Assembly (NCBI GenBank): GCA_040218735.1
Contig: JAVJQW010000055.1
Span: 1 to 64,000, forward strand
Length of the DNA: 64,000 nucleotides
Direction: 5' to 3'
Source: Deltaproteobacteria bacterium
Lineage (GTDB): Bacteria; Myxococcota; Kuafuiibacteriia; Kuafuiibacteriales; Kuafuiibacteriaceae
The position numbers were made by a program, and so were the translations under genes. Shown here piece after piece: positions 7,643 through 17,186 of this stretch; within the stretch, counting starts at the first letter, position 1; each line of letters opens with the position of its first letter. The notes under the pieces are model-generated. The model ran no database searches, was not told where the DNA came from, and was given only the letters and a program-made list of their open reading frames with translations.

Positions 7643-9091
7643 GTGAGCGGTGACGAGTCGAAACGCCCGTTGTGTGTCGACCTCGACGGGACGCTGATCG
7701 CGACCGACGCGCTCTGGGAGTCGTTCCTCCTCCTCATCAAGGCCAAGCCCTACGCGGTGCCCGCGGTGCCGCTGTGGTTGCTCGGCGGTAGGGCGAACCT
7801 GAAGCAGCGCCTCGCGGATCGGGTGCTCCCCGACGCCGCCGCGTTGCCGTACCGGGAGCCGGTCCTCGAGCGGGTGCGCCAAGCGAAGTCCGAAGGGCGG
7901 AAGGTGCTGCTGGTGACGGCGTCGGAGCAGCGCATCGCGGACCGCGTCGGTACGCACCTCGAGTTGTTCGACGAAGTGGTCGGGAGCAACGGCGACCTCA
8001 ACCTCAAGGGATCGAACAAAGCCAAGTTCCTCACCGACCGCTTCGGCGAAGGTGCGTTCGACTACATCGGCGACACCGACGCCGACTTCCCGCTGTGGAA
8101 GGCGAGCGGTCGTGCGTTCGTCGCGAACGCGAGCTCGTCGATGCTCGCGAAGGCGAAGGCCCAGGTCGGGGAAGTCGAAGCGGTCGGGACGCGCTCCGGC
8201 AGCAAGGCCAAGGCGATCGTCAAGGCGCTGCGTCCGCACCAGTGGATGAAGAACGTGCTGCTGTTCGTCGCGCCGCTGCTCGGTCACATCCGCGACATCG
8301 AGACCTGGGTGCACGTCTTGATCGCGTTCTTCGCGTTCAGCTTCACGGCGTCGTCGGTCTATGTCCTGAACGACCTCCTCGATCTCGACTCGGACCGTCA
8401 GCACCGCACGAAGAAGAACCGGCCGTTTGCGTCGGGTGCGTTGAGCATCCCGTTCGGCTTGTTGATGTTCCCGCTCGCGATGGGATCCGGGATCGGGCTC
8501 AGTCTGGTCTTCTTACCGCTGAAGTTCACCGGCGCGTTGCTCGGCTACCTCGTCCTGACGACCGCCTACTCGGTGTGGCTCAAGCGCAAGCTGATGGTGG
8601 ACGTGTTGATGCTCGCGTCGCTGTTCACCTACCGCGTCCTCTCCGGCGGTGTCGCGGCGGATGTGACCGTCTCGTTCTGGCTGCTCGGCTTCTCGATGTT
8701 CTTCTTCCTCGGCCTCGCGTTCGTGAAGCGCTTCTCGGAGCTGGTCGCGACGATGGAGAAGGACGTCGACAAGGTGCCGGGCCGCGGCTACTGGGTCTCG
8801 GACATCGACATCATCCGCTCCGTCGGTCCGTCGAGCGGGTTGATGGCGGTCCTCGTGTTCTGCCTCTACATGAACAGCCCGGAGGTTCAGTCCCTCTACG
8901 CGCAGCCGACCGCGCTGTGGGGGATCGCGCCGATCCTGCTCTACTGGATCATGCGCATCTGGTTCCTCGCGAGCCGCAACCAGCTGCACGACGACCCGGT
9001 GCTCTTCGCCGTGCGTGACAAGATCAGCATCTTCGCGGGCTTCCTCGCGGTGGGGTGTCTTGTCGCAGCCGCGATCCCCTGGCCGTTCTGA
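7643..9091 (+). CDS. HAD-like domain fused to UbiA-family prenyltransferase (decaprenyl-phosphate phosphoribosyltransferase-like)
   Basis: LCVDLDGTL (HAD), LRPHQWMKN, YVLNDLLDLDSDRQH..KKNRPFASG and a C-terminal DDPV. Confidence 0.9.
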   Translation: MSGDESKRPLCVDLDGTLIATDALWESFLLLIKAKPYAVPAVPLWLLGGRANLKQRLADRVLPDAAALPYREPVLERVRQAKSEGRKVLLVTASEQRIADRVGTHLELFDEVVGSNGDLNLKGSNKAKFLTDRFGEGAFDYIGDTDADFPLWKASGRAFVANASSSMLAKAKAQVGEVEAVGTRSGSKAKAIVKALRPHQWMKNVLLFVAPLLGHIRDIETWVHVLIAFFAFSFTASSVYVLNDLLDLDSDRQHRTKKNRPFASGALSIPFGLLMFPLAMGSGIGLSLVFLPLKFTGALLGYLVLTTAYSVWLKRKLMVDVLMLASLFTYRVLSGGVAADVTVSFWLLGFSMFFFLGLAFVKRFSELVATMEKDVDKVPGRGYWVSDIDIIRSVGPSSGLMAVLVFCLYMNSPEVQSLYAQPTALWGIAPILLYWIMRIWFLASRNQLHDDPVLFAVRDKISIFAGFLAVGCLVAAAIPWPF

Positions 9092-9131
9092 GAGCCAGGC
9101 CGCGCGAGCGCGACGTATAGTCGCCACCTCG

Positions 9132-11129
9132 ATGAGACTTCGTAGCGCCTTGGCCGCACTCCTGTTCGCGGCGTCCGCCTGTACCGGTGACGAGGAGGAG
9201 CCGTTCGTTCGGCCCCCCGTCGAGACCGACGTGAACCACCTCGACCAGAGCGCCGCGCGCAACTGGAACGAGGCGCTGTTGTCCGCGATTCGCCGGGACC
9301 TCGCGCGACCGACGGTGCACGCGCGCAACCTGTTCCACAGCTCCGCGATGATGTTCGACGCGTGGGGTGCGTACGGCGGAGGCACCTCCCCGTACTTCCT
9401 CGGGCGCTCCACGAACGGTGTCCCGTGTGCGTTTTCCGAAGGCGACCGTGAAGCGCTCGTCGAAGGCGCGGACGACGTCGACGCGCACCGCTCGATCGCG
9501 ATCGCCTACGCGATGCTGAGGTTGCTCACGCACCGCTTCGAGAAGTCGCCGGGCCGCTTCTACGCGCGCAACCGCTTCCTGAAGTTGCACGAGGACATGG
9601 GCTTCGACTCTTCGTACGCGACGACGGACTTCTCGGAGGGTGACAGCCAGCGCCGCGCCGCCGCGTTCGGCAACTACCTCGCCGAGTGTGTGATCGCGTA
9701 CGGGCTGCAAGACGGCGCGAACGAAGCGAACAACTACGCCAACACGGTGTACGCGCCGATCAACGAGCCTCTCAAACCGAACGAGCCGGGGACGCCGGGG
9801 ATGGACGATCCGAACCGCTGGCAGCCGCTCGAGCTGTTGATGGCGATCGACCAGGCCGGGAACGTCGTCGAGAACCAGCCGCGCTTCGTCGGTGCGGAGT
9901 GGGGGCGGGTGCTGCCGTTTGCGATCCCCGAGGAAGCGTTCACGCGCTTCCAACGCGACGACTTCGATTGGCCGGTTTGCCACGACCCCGGCGTGCCGGC
10001 GCTGCTCCGCGGGCCCGACGCGATGCCCGAGGAGTACCAATGGAACCACTCCGTCGTCGCTTACTGGTCGTCGCACCTCGACCCGGCCGACGGCGTGCTC
10101 TGGGACATCTCGCCGGCGAGCATCGGGAACACCGGAGCGCTCCCGCAGGACGTCCCGTCGTTGCAGTCGTTCTACGACGCGCTCGACGGCGGCGTGAACG
10201 ACCAGGGGCACACGATGAACCCGGCGACCGGTGCGGCGTACGAACCGAACATGGTGCCGCGCGGCGACTACACACGGGTGCTCGCGGAGTTCTGGGCGGA
10301 CGGGCCGGACTCGGAGACGCCGCCGGGGCACTGGTTCACGATCGTGAACGAAGCGGTGAACGATCATCCGCAGCTCGTGCGTCGTTACCGAGGTGAAGGG
10401 CCGACGCTCGACCCGCTGGAGTGGGACGTGAAGATCTACTTCGCGCTCGGCGGCGGCGTGCACGACGCCGCGGTCACCGCGTGGGGAATCAAGGGCTGGT
10501 ACGACTACGTCCGCCCGGTCTCGGCGATCCGTTTCATGGCGTCGCTCGGACAGAGCAGCGACGACCAGCTCCCGCGCTACGACCCCGAGGGGCTGCCGCT
10601 GGTCCCGGGTTACGTCGAGCTCGTGCAGAGCGGCGACCCCCTCGCGGGGCCCAACGACGAGAACGTCGACGAGATCAAGGTGCGCGCGTGGCGCGGGCCC
10701 GACTACGTCGAGGACCCCGAGACGGACCTCGCCGGGGTGGGTTGGATCCTCGCCGCGAACTGGTGGCCCTACCAGCGCCCGACCTTCGTGAGCCCGCCGT
10801 TCGCGGGGTACGTGTCGGGGCACTCCACGTTCTCGCGGACCGCAGCGGAGATCCTGACGGACTTCACGGGCGACGCCTTCTTCCCCGGCGGCATGGGTGA
10901 GTTCGTCGCGAAGAAGGACGAGTTCCTCGTCTTCGAGCAGGGGCCGAGCGTGGACGTCGTGCTCCAGTGGGCGACGTACCGCGACGCCTCCGACCAGACG
11001 AGCCTGTCGCGAATCTGGGGCGGCATCCACCCGCCGGTCGACGACGTCCCGGGGCGTCGCCTCGGCATCGTGATCGCGAGTGACGTGGTCGAGCTCGCCG
11101 ACGCACACTTCAAGGGGACGGCGCGATGA
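9132..11129 (+). CDS. vanadium-dependent haloperoxidase/PAP2-family lipoprotein
   Basis: Lipobox LFAASAC and vanadate motifs KGWYDYVRP, PFAGYVSGHS and SRIWGGIH. Confidence 0.85.
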   Translation: MRLRSALAALLFAASACTGDEEEPFVRPPVETDVNHLDQSAARNWNEALLSAIRRDLARPTVHARNLFHSSAMMFDAWGAYGGGTSPYFLGRSTNGVPCAFSEGDREALVEGADDVDAHRSIAIAYAMLRLLTHRFEKSPGRFYARNRFLKLHEDMGFDSSYATTDFSEGDSQRRAAAFGNYLAECVIAYGLQDGANEANNYANTVYAPINEPLKPNEPGTPGMDDPNRWQPLELLMAIDQAGNVVENQPRFVGAEWGRVLPFAIPEEAFTRFQRDDFDWPVCHDPGVPALLRGPDAMPEEYQWNHSVVAYWSSHLDPADGVLWDISPASIGNTGALPQDVPSLQSFYDALDGGVNDQGHTMNPATGAAYEPNMVPRGDYTRVLAEFWADGPDSETPPGHWFTIVNEAVNDHPQLVRRYRGEGPTLDPLEWDVKIYFALGGGVHDAAVTAWGIKGWYDYVRPVSAIRFMASLGQSSDDQLPRYDPEGLPLVPGYVELVQSGDPLAGPNDENVDEIKVRAWRGPDYVEDPETDLAGVGWILAANWWPYQRPTFVSPPFAGYVSGHSTFSRTAAEILTDFTGDAFFPGGMGEFVAKKDEFLVFEQGPSVDVVLQWATYRDASDQTSLSRIWGGIHPPVDDVPGRRLGIVIASDVVELADAHFKGTAR

Positions 11130-12130
11130 AACGTTACGGTGCGATGATCTTCCTCGCTGCGTTGGCCTGCACGGGCGGCGACGACGACGAGGAGCCGGGG
11201 CCGCTCCGGTTCGACGTCGAGCTCGAAGGCCTCGAACCGGCGATGCTCGCGATCCACCCGATCGAGGGGAGCGGTGATCTGCTCGCCGTCGGCGGTCCCT
11301 TCACCCAGGAGGGCGACCCCGCGCTGTACAGAAAGAGCGGCGCGGCGTGGTCCGAGGTCGCGTCGCCGCCGGCCTGGGAGGGCGCCGCGTGGTGGTCGTG
11401 GAGCGCGGCCGAAGACGACATCTGGGTCGTCGGGGACCGTGCGCAGATCGCACGCGGAGCGATCGGGTCGATGTCGATCGTACCGACGAACACCTCCACC
11501 GAGACCGTCTTCTACGGCGTGTGGGGCGCGGCGGCGGACGACGTGTGGATCGTCGGCGGCTCCGCGCGGCCTCCCCTCGGACCGCAGGGCGTGATTCTGC
11601 ACTGGGACGGCAGCGCGCTGTCGCGCGTCGAGCCGACGGGGACCGCGTCGGTCGCGCTCGAAGCAGCGATGTTCAAGGTCTGGGGCACCGGGCCCGACGA
11701 CGTCTTCGTCGTCGGGGCGTTCGGCGTCGCGATCCACTGGGACGGCAGCAGCTGGACGCGAACCGAGACGAACATCGAGGCGCAGCTCACCACGGTGCAC
11801 GGTCGCGCCAGCGACGACGTCTACGCGGTCGGCGGCTTCAACCAGGGCATCGTGCTGCACTGGGACGGCAGCGCGTGGACCGACATCGCCGAACCGTTCG
11901 TGCCGCGCATCTCCGGCGTCTACGTGCAGCCCGACGGTCCGGTGTGGGTCGCGGGCGACGGCGGCTACCTCGCGTCGTGGGACGGCAACACGTGGACCTC
12001 GATCGACACCCGCGTCCTCCAACAGTTCCACGCGGTCTACGCGGACGCGATCGACGTGTACGGCGTCGGCGGGATCCTCGCGATCTCCTCCGCACCGCGC
12101 GAGGGGTTCGTCGGGCGGTACGGCCGCTAG
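11126..12130 (+). CDS. lipoprotein with myxobacterial beta-propeller-like repeats
   Basis: Lipobox ALAC and repeated VWGxxxDDVWxVG...ILHWDG units. ATGA overlap with the upstream gene. Confidence 0.8.
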   Translation: MKRYGAMIFLAALACTGGDDDEEPGPLRFDVELEGLEPAMLAIHPIEGSGDLLAVGGPFTQEGDPALYRKSGAAWSEVASPPAWEGAAWWSWSAAEDDIWVVGDRAQIARGAIGSMSIVPTNTSTETVFYGVWGAAADDVWIVGGSARPPLGPQGVILHWDGSALSRVEPTGTASVALEAAMFKVWGTGPDDVFVVGAFGVAIHWDGSSWTRTETNIEAQLTTVHGRASDDVYAVGGFNQGIVLHWDGSAWTDIAEPFVPRISGVYVQPDGPVWVAGDGGYLASWDGNTWTSIDTRVLQQFHAVYADAIDVYGVGGILAISSAPREGFVGRYGR

Positions 12131-14535
12131 TTGTTGAGGTTCGTCGCGTTGTCCTCGTAGAGCACGCGGTTGGCGACGTTTTCGATCGGGAAGCCGGCGA
12201 GGAACAGGTTCGCGCCGATCGTGTTGTCCTTCACGACGCCGTCGCTCGCGTAGACACCTTCGCCTTCGTAGAGCTCCCCGATGTAGTTCTCGACCACGAC
12301 GCCCGCGCTCGGGTTCATCTCGAGCACGAAGTTACGAAGGTCGACGCGGCCGCCGTCGATCTCTCCGACCCCGTCGCCGAGGAGCGGGGAGCGGACACTC
12401 GTCGTGCAGGTCGGCGCGGGGAGGCTGGTGCGAACGACCACGTGCTCGATGTCGACCGTGGAGCCTCCGTCGCTCGCGTTGATCCCGCGACCGTGCGCGC
12501 GCTCCACGAGGATGCGCGCCCCCGTGATGCGCCCGCCGTGGTGTGCGCAGAGCCCGGCGCACACGAGACAGGTCTCGGAGCCGGCGCCTTGCACGGTGAT
12601 GTCGTGTACGCGCGCGAAGGCGCCGGAGTCCTCGACGTGGATCGCCTTGCCGGGGACGTCGATGAAGGCCACCGCGGCCGCATCGATCTTCGCGCCCTTC
12701 TCGGCGCGCAACGTGGTGACGGATCCCGAGTCGCGCAGCGAACCGATGTTCGTGAAGCGTGTGTCCCGGATCTTGAACAACGTCTCCGGGTCCTCCAGGA
12801 AGACCGCCGTGAAGTAGGTCTTGTCGACGACGCCGCGGGTCAGGTGCACCTGCGCGCCCTTCACCGCGCGGATGGCGTAGCCGTCGCCGCCGGAGTCCTG
12901 GCGCATCGCGCTCGTGAACACGACGTCCGAGAGCGTGGCGGTCGTGGTCAGCAGATCGTTACCGCCCGAGATCCAGAGGTGGTCGCTCCGGCTTCGATCG
13001 ATCCACGTGCGAGTCGCTTCGAAGGTCCCGCCGTTGACGATGTGGAAGGCGTCACCGCTTGCGTCGTCGCTCGCGCGGGGGAGGGTGTCCGAAACGACGC
13101 CGTCGACGATCGACAACCGTGATCCGACGCCGGACACGTACCCGGAGATGTTGCGCGCGCGGAGCGTGTACACGCGCTCTAGCTCGAGCGTGCCGCCCGA
13201 CTCGACGTCGAACGCGCGCCCGAAGCGGCCGTCGTCGGCGTCCGGCTGAACGTCGACGATCGACAGGTCCCGCACGGTGCCCTCGGCGCGGCCGAAGGCG
13301 GACAAGGCGAGGCGGCTCACCCGATCGATCACGACGCGGTCGAACGTGCCGATCGCGTCGTCGTCGAGTCGGATCCCGTGGGTCTCGGAGGGGCCGATGT
13401 AGATGTCCGAGCCGACGACCTCGCCGGCGGTGTCCACGTTGATCGCCGCGCTCCCCGTACCGTCGAGGATCGCGACCCCGTCGATGCGGGCGTAGGCGCC
13501 AGCGCCCTGTACGCGGATACCGTCGCCGCGCGCGCGGATGAAGACGTCGCGGATCTCGACGCGGCGACCGGTCGTGACCCGCACGGTGCTGAGCGTCGAG
13601 CCGCTCCCGTCGATCTGCGTCTGCTCGACGCACGCGCCAACGAGCGCGACGCCGTCGGGCAACGCGATCGTTCCGGCGTGGGTGCCCTTCGAGAGCGCGA
13701 TCGTCGATCCCGCCGACGCGGCGGAGGTCGCGGCCGACAGCGTCCCGTACGGCGCGCCCATCGTGCCGTCGCCGCCGGTCGCGCCGGGGCGCACGTACAC
13801 GACGTCGCCGGTCAGCCCCTCCGGCCACTCGCCGGCCGGGCACGAACGACCGGGGCTTCGGCACGACGCTTCACCCGGAAAGTGCGCGAGGAGGTTCGGG
13901 CAGTCGTCGGGGCCCGAGGGGAACGGCGTGCACACCGCGACGCCGTCGCCGAGGTCCGCGGTGGTCCACCCCGTCGGGCACACGTTGCGGGGGGCTTCGG
14001 GTTCCGCGGGTGCGTCCGGCGGCGCGGTCGGCGCAGGGCAGGGGACGATGCATGCCTTCGGGTCCTCCCCGTCGGCGTCGAAGCAGCCGCCGCGGTCCAG
14101 GCACTCGCTGCGCCGCGGGCCATCGAAGCGGAAGTCGGCGAGCGCAGGGCCGAGCGCCGACAGCTCCGCCCACGGTTCGACGTCCTCACCGCGCACCGTC
14201 GTGCCCATGATTCGGCCGGTGGCGGCGGGGAGCGGGGTGCCGTCCTCGACGCTTGCGATGATCCCCGGGGTCAGGCGGAGCGTCTCGAGGTCCGACACGT
14301 GCTCGATCGCGGTGAGGGTCACCGCGTAGCGGCCGATGTACGCGTCGAGCACGGGGAGCTCGACCTGCCCGTTCGTCAGGTCGATCGCGCGGACCTCGAC
14401 CTCGTTGCCGACCTCCACGCCGAGGAACAGCGAGCGCACGCCTTCACCGACGGCGAGCGACAGCCCGACGTCGGCGTGTCGACTGCAGCCGACGCCGACG
14501 AGCGCTACGCCGACGATGAGCAGGGGCCACCGCAC
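12127..14535 (-). CDS. lipoprotein with Cys-rich linker and right-handed beta-helix (DUF1565/pectin-lyase-like)
   Basis: Signal peptide VRWPLLIVGVALVGVGC from GTG 14535 (start estimated), VYVRPGATGGDGTMGAPYGTL, then regular beta-helix repeats. Confidence 0.7.
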   Translation of the reverse strand: MRWPLLIVGVALVGVGCSRHADVGLSLAVGEGVRSLFLGVEVGNEVEVRAIDLTNGQVELPVLDAYIGRYAVTLTAIEHVSDLETLRLTPGIIASVEDGTPLPAATGRIMGTTVRGEDVEPWAELSALGPALADFRFDGPRRSECLDRGGCFDADGEDPKACIVPCPAPTAPPDAPAEPEAPRNVCPTGWTTADLGDGVAVCTPFPSGPDDCPNLLAHFPGEASCRSPGRSCPAGEWPEGLTGDVVYVRPGATGGDGTMGAPYGTLSAATSAASAGSTIALSKGTHAGTIALPDGVALVGACVEQTQIDGSGSTLSTVRVTTGRRVEIRDVFIRARGDGIRVQGAGAYARIDGVAILDGTGSAAINVDTAGEVVGSDIYIGPSETHGIRLDDDAIGTFDRVVIDRVSRLALSAFGRAEGTVRDLSIVDVQPDADDGRFGRAFDVESGGTLELERVYTLRARNISGYVSGVGSRLSIVDGVVSDTLPRASDDASGDAFHIVNGGTFEATRTWIDRSRSDHLWISGGNDLLTTTATLSDVVFTSAMRQDSGGDGYAIRAVKGAQVHLTRGVVDKTYFTAVFLEDPETLFKIRDTRFTNIGSLRDSGSVTTLRAEKGAKIDAAAVAFIDVPGKAIHVEDSGAFARVHDITVQGAGSETCLVCAGLCAHHGGRITGARILVERAHGRGINASDGGSTVDIEHVVVRTSLPAPTCTTSVRSPLLGDGVGEIDGGRVDLRNFVLEMNPSAGVVVENYIGELYEGEGVYASDGVVKDNTIGANLFLAGFPIENVANRVLYEDNATNLNN

Positions 14536-14607
14536 GCGAGCGACAGGATACCCAATCTTCGAGCGCCTATGCACGGACCCCAACCGTAGTATCCTCCGCG
14601 CCGCCCC

Positions 14608-16182
14608 ATGCAGTCCGTGAAAGAGTCTGATCTCGTCGCGGCGATCGATCTCGGATCGAACAGCTTCCACATGATCGTCGCGAGGATGGAGCGCGGCCAG
14701 CTCCACATCGTGGACAAGATGCGCGAGCGTGTCCGTCTCGGGTCGGGACTCGACGACCGCCACCGCATCAGCGCCGTCGCCCAGGCCCGCGCCCTCGCGT
14801 GCCTGGAGCGGTTCGGCGAGCGCGTCCGCGACATGCCCTCCGCCCACGTCCGCGCCGTCGGCACCAACACCCTGCGCAAGGCCAAGAACGGGCCGTCGTT
14901 CCTGGAGCGCGCGCACCGGGCGCTGGGCCACCCGATCGAGGTCATCGCCGGCCGCGAGGAGGCGCGCCTCATCTACCTCGGTGTCATCCAGACGATGCCG
15001 AAGAACGTCGAGCAGCGCCTCGTCGTCGACATCGGCGGCGGCAGCACCGAGTGTGTGATCGGGTCGCGCCACGAGATCGTCGAAGCCGACAGCCTCTACA
15101 TGGGGTGCGTCAGCTTCTCGGAGCGGTACTTCCCGGGCGGCGCCATCACCGCGGAGGCGTTCGAGGCCGCGCGCATCAGCGCGAAGCTGGAGCTGCAGTC
15201 GATCGGCCGCCGGTACCGCGCGCTCGGCTGGGAGATCGCGTGCGGGTGCTCCGGCACCGTGCACGCCGTCAAGAAGATCGCGCGTCAGAACGGCTGGAGC
15301 AGCGGAGAGATCACACCCAAGGCGCTCGACAAGCTCGAGGCGGCGCTCATCGACGGCGGTCACATCGACGACGTCGACATCCCGGGCCTCGCGGAAGATC
15401 GACGCCCCGTGATCCCGGGCGGCGTCGCGATCCTCTCCGCGATCGTCGAGACGTTCGAGCTGTCCGAGCTCGTCCCCGCGCCGGGCGCGCTACGCGAAGG
15501 CGCGCTGTACGATCTCGTCGGCCGAATCCGCGACGAGGACGTCCGCGACCGCACCATCCGCTGGTTCTGCGAGCGCTACGGCGTCGACCTGGATCAAGCC
15601 GCGCGCGTGGAGCGCACGGCGTTGATGCTCCTGCACCAGCTCGTGCACGCGTGGCGCCTCGACGTCGAGCACGCCCGCCGCGTGTTGAGCTGGGCGTCGC
15701 ACCTGTTCGAGATCGGCTTGTCGATCTCCCATACCGGGTACCACAAACACAGCGCGTACGTGGTCGCGCACGCCGACATGGCCGGCTTCTCGCGGGACGA
15801 CCAGGCGATCCTCGCGGCCATCATCCACGGGCACCGGCGCAAGGTCCGCCCGGAGTCGTACCGCGACCTCCCGCCGGAGAACGAACACGACGTCCTCTAC
15901 TACACACTCATCTTCCGCCTCGCGGTGCTCCTGAACCGCAACCGCTCCGACGAGCCGACGCCGATGCTCGGCATCGACGCGACCTTCGATCGCCTCGCGA
16001 TCACGTTCCCGCCCGGCTGGCTCGAGGCGCACCCGCTGTCGACGGAGGATCTCGCGCAGCAGGTCGACCGCTTCCGGCGCGTGGGGATGGCGCTCGAGAT
16101 CGCGGAGATCGCGGGTGAGGCCGACAAGCCGAAGAAGAAGAAGAAGAAGAAGGACAAGAAGAAGAAGAAGGACAAACGTTAG
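14608..16182 (+). CDS. ppx: exopolyphosphatase / pppGpp phosphohydrolase (Ppx/GppA) with poly-Lys tail
   Basis: AAIDLGSNSFHM, AVGTNTLR, GREEARLIY, VVDIGGGSTE, ALREG and an HD-like C-terminal domain. Confidence 0.92.
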   Translation: MQSVKESDLVAAIDLGSNSFHMIVARMERGQLHIVDKMRERVRLGSGLDDRHRISAVAQARALACLERFGERVRDMPSAHVRAVGTNTLRKAKNGPSFLERAHRALGHPIEVIAGREEARLIYLGVIQTMPKNVEQRLVVDIGGGSTECVIGSRHEIVEADSLYMGCVSFSERYFPGGAITAEAFEAARISAKLELQSIGRRYRALGWEIACGCSGTVHAVKKIARQNGWSSGEITPKALDKLEAALIDGGHIDDVDIPGLAEDRRPVIPGGVAILSAIVETFELSELVPAPGALREGALYDLVGRIRDEDVRDRTIRWFCERYGVDLDQAARVERTALMLLHQLVHAWRLDVEHARRVLSWASHLFEIGLSISHTGYHKHSAYVVAHADMAGFSRDDQAILAAIIHGHRRKVRPESYRDLPPENEHDVLYYTLIFRLAVLLNRNRSDEPTPMLGIDATFDRLAITFPPGWLEAHPLSTEDLAQQVDRFRRVGMALEIAEIAGEADKPKKKKKKKDKKKKKDKR

Positions 16183-17174
16183 GTCTTCGTCGTGGGGGGG
16201 AACAGCGCGCCGACGCCCGCGATCGCCCCCATGAACACCAGCTGCACCGCGTGGGAGACGACGGCGACGACCGCGGCCGCGCTCGCGGGGACACCGAACG
16301 GCGCGAGCCCGAGCCGGTAGCCGGCCTCCAGCGTGCCGGCGAACGCGGGGCCCGCCGGGATCATCACCGCGAACACGGTGACGCCGACCGTGAACGGCCC
16401 GGCGACGAAGTCGACGTTCTCGACGTAGCTCGACGCGAGCATCCAGGTAGCGGCGCCGTTCACGCCCCAGTACACGGCGGTGGTCGCGAAGAAGCCGAGC
16501 AGCCGCGTCACGGAGCGAAGGCCCGCGAGCCCGTCGACGAACGTCGTCGCGAGGTGCGCGATCTTGTCGCCGAGCTTCGGGGAGATCGGCGCGAAGATCG
16601 CGGTCACCGTGCGCACGACGAGGTCGCGCGCGAAGTAGGTCGCGAACAGGAACGCCACCCCCGCGCCGAACCCGGCGAGGGCTACGTTGCTCAGCGTCGT
16701 CAGCTCGCTCGGGAGCGCGGCGGACTCGGGGAGCGCGCGGAGCAGGACGAAGAACACGCCGACGTTCACGATGCCGTCGGCCACGCGCTCGACGGCGACC
16801 GCCGCCATCGCGCCGGCGAAGGGGACACCGTGCCGCGCGCAGAAGGCCGGGCGCACGAACTCGCCGAGGCGGAGCGGCAAGAAGAACGCGGCGGGGATGC
16901 CGACGCTGATCGAGCTGAACGCGAGGCGAGGCGACGCGCCGAGCGGAGCGATGAGCAACGCCCAGCGCACCGTGCGCGCCGCGTGCATGACGACGTGCGC
17001 GCCCACGAACAGGAGCACCGCCGCGGTCGACGTGCGAGCGAGGTCCGACTGGAGGCGCTCGGTGTCGACGTCCGCGAAGGCCCACCACAGCGTCAGGGCC
17101 GTCACCGCGACCGCGATGACGGCCTTGAGCACGAGCGACGCGGCGCTCGGCTTGGCGGCGGCGGGCTCGGACAT
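16179..17174 (-). CDS. lysylphosphatidylglycerol synthase TM region / putative flippase (UPF0104)
   Basis: RTVRW, FLPLRLGEFVR, VAVERVAD and IPAGPAFAGTLE within multiple TM helices. Confidence 0.82.
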   Translation of the reverse strand: MSEPAAAKPSAASLVLKAVIAVAVTALTLWWAFADVDTERLQSDLARTSTAAVLLFVGAHVVMHAARTVRWALLIAPLGASPRLAFSSISVGIPAAFFLPLRLGEFVRPAFCARHGVPFAGAMAAVAVERVADGIVNVGVFFVLLRALPESAALPSELTTLSNVALAGFGAGVAFLFATYFARDLVVRTVTAIFAPISPKLGDKIAHLATTFVDGLAGLRSVTRLLGFFATTAVYWGVNGAATWMLASSYVENVDFVAGPFTVGVTVFAVMIPAGPAFAGTLEAGYRLGLAPFGVPASAAAVVAVVSHAVQLVFMGAIAGVGALFPPTTKT

Positions 17175-17186
17175 ACGCCGATGTCC

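Noticed and set aside
14536-15363. N-terminal extension of the 1078-aa minus-strand ORF
   Set aside because: Antisense shadow of ppx. The lipoprotein signal starts near 14535.
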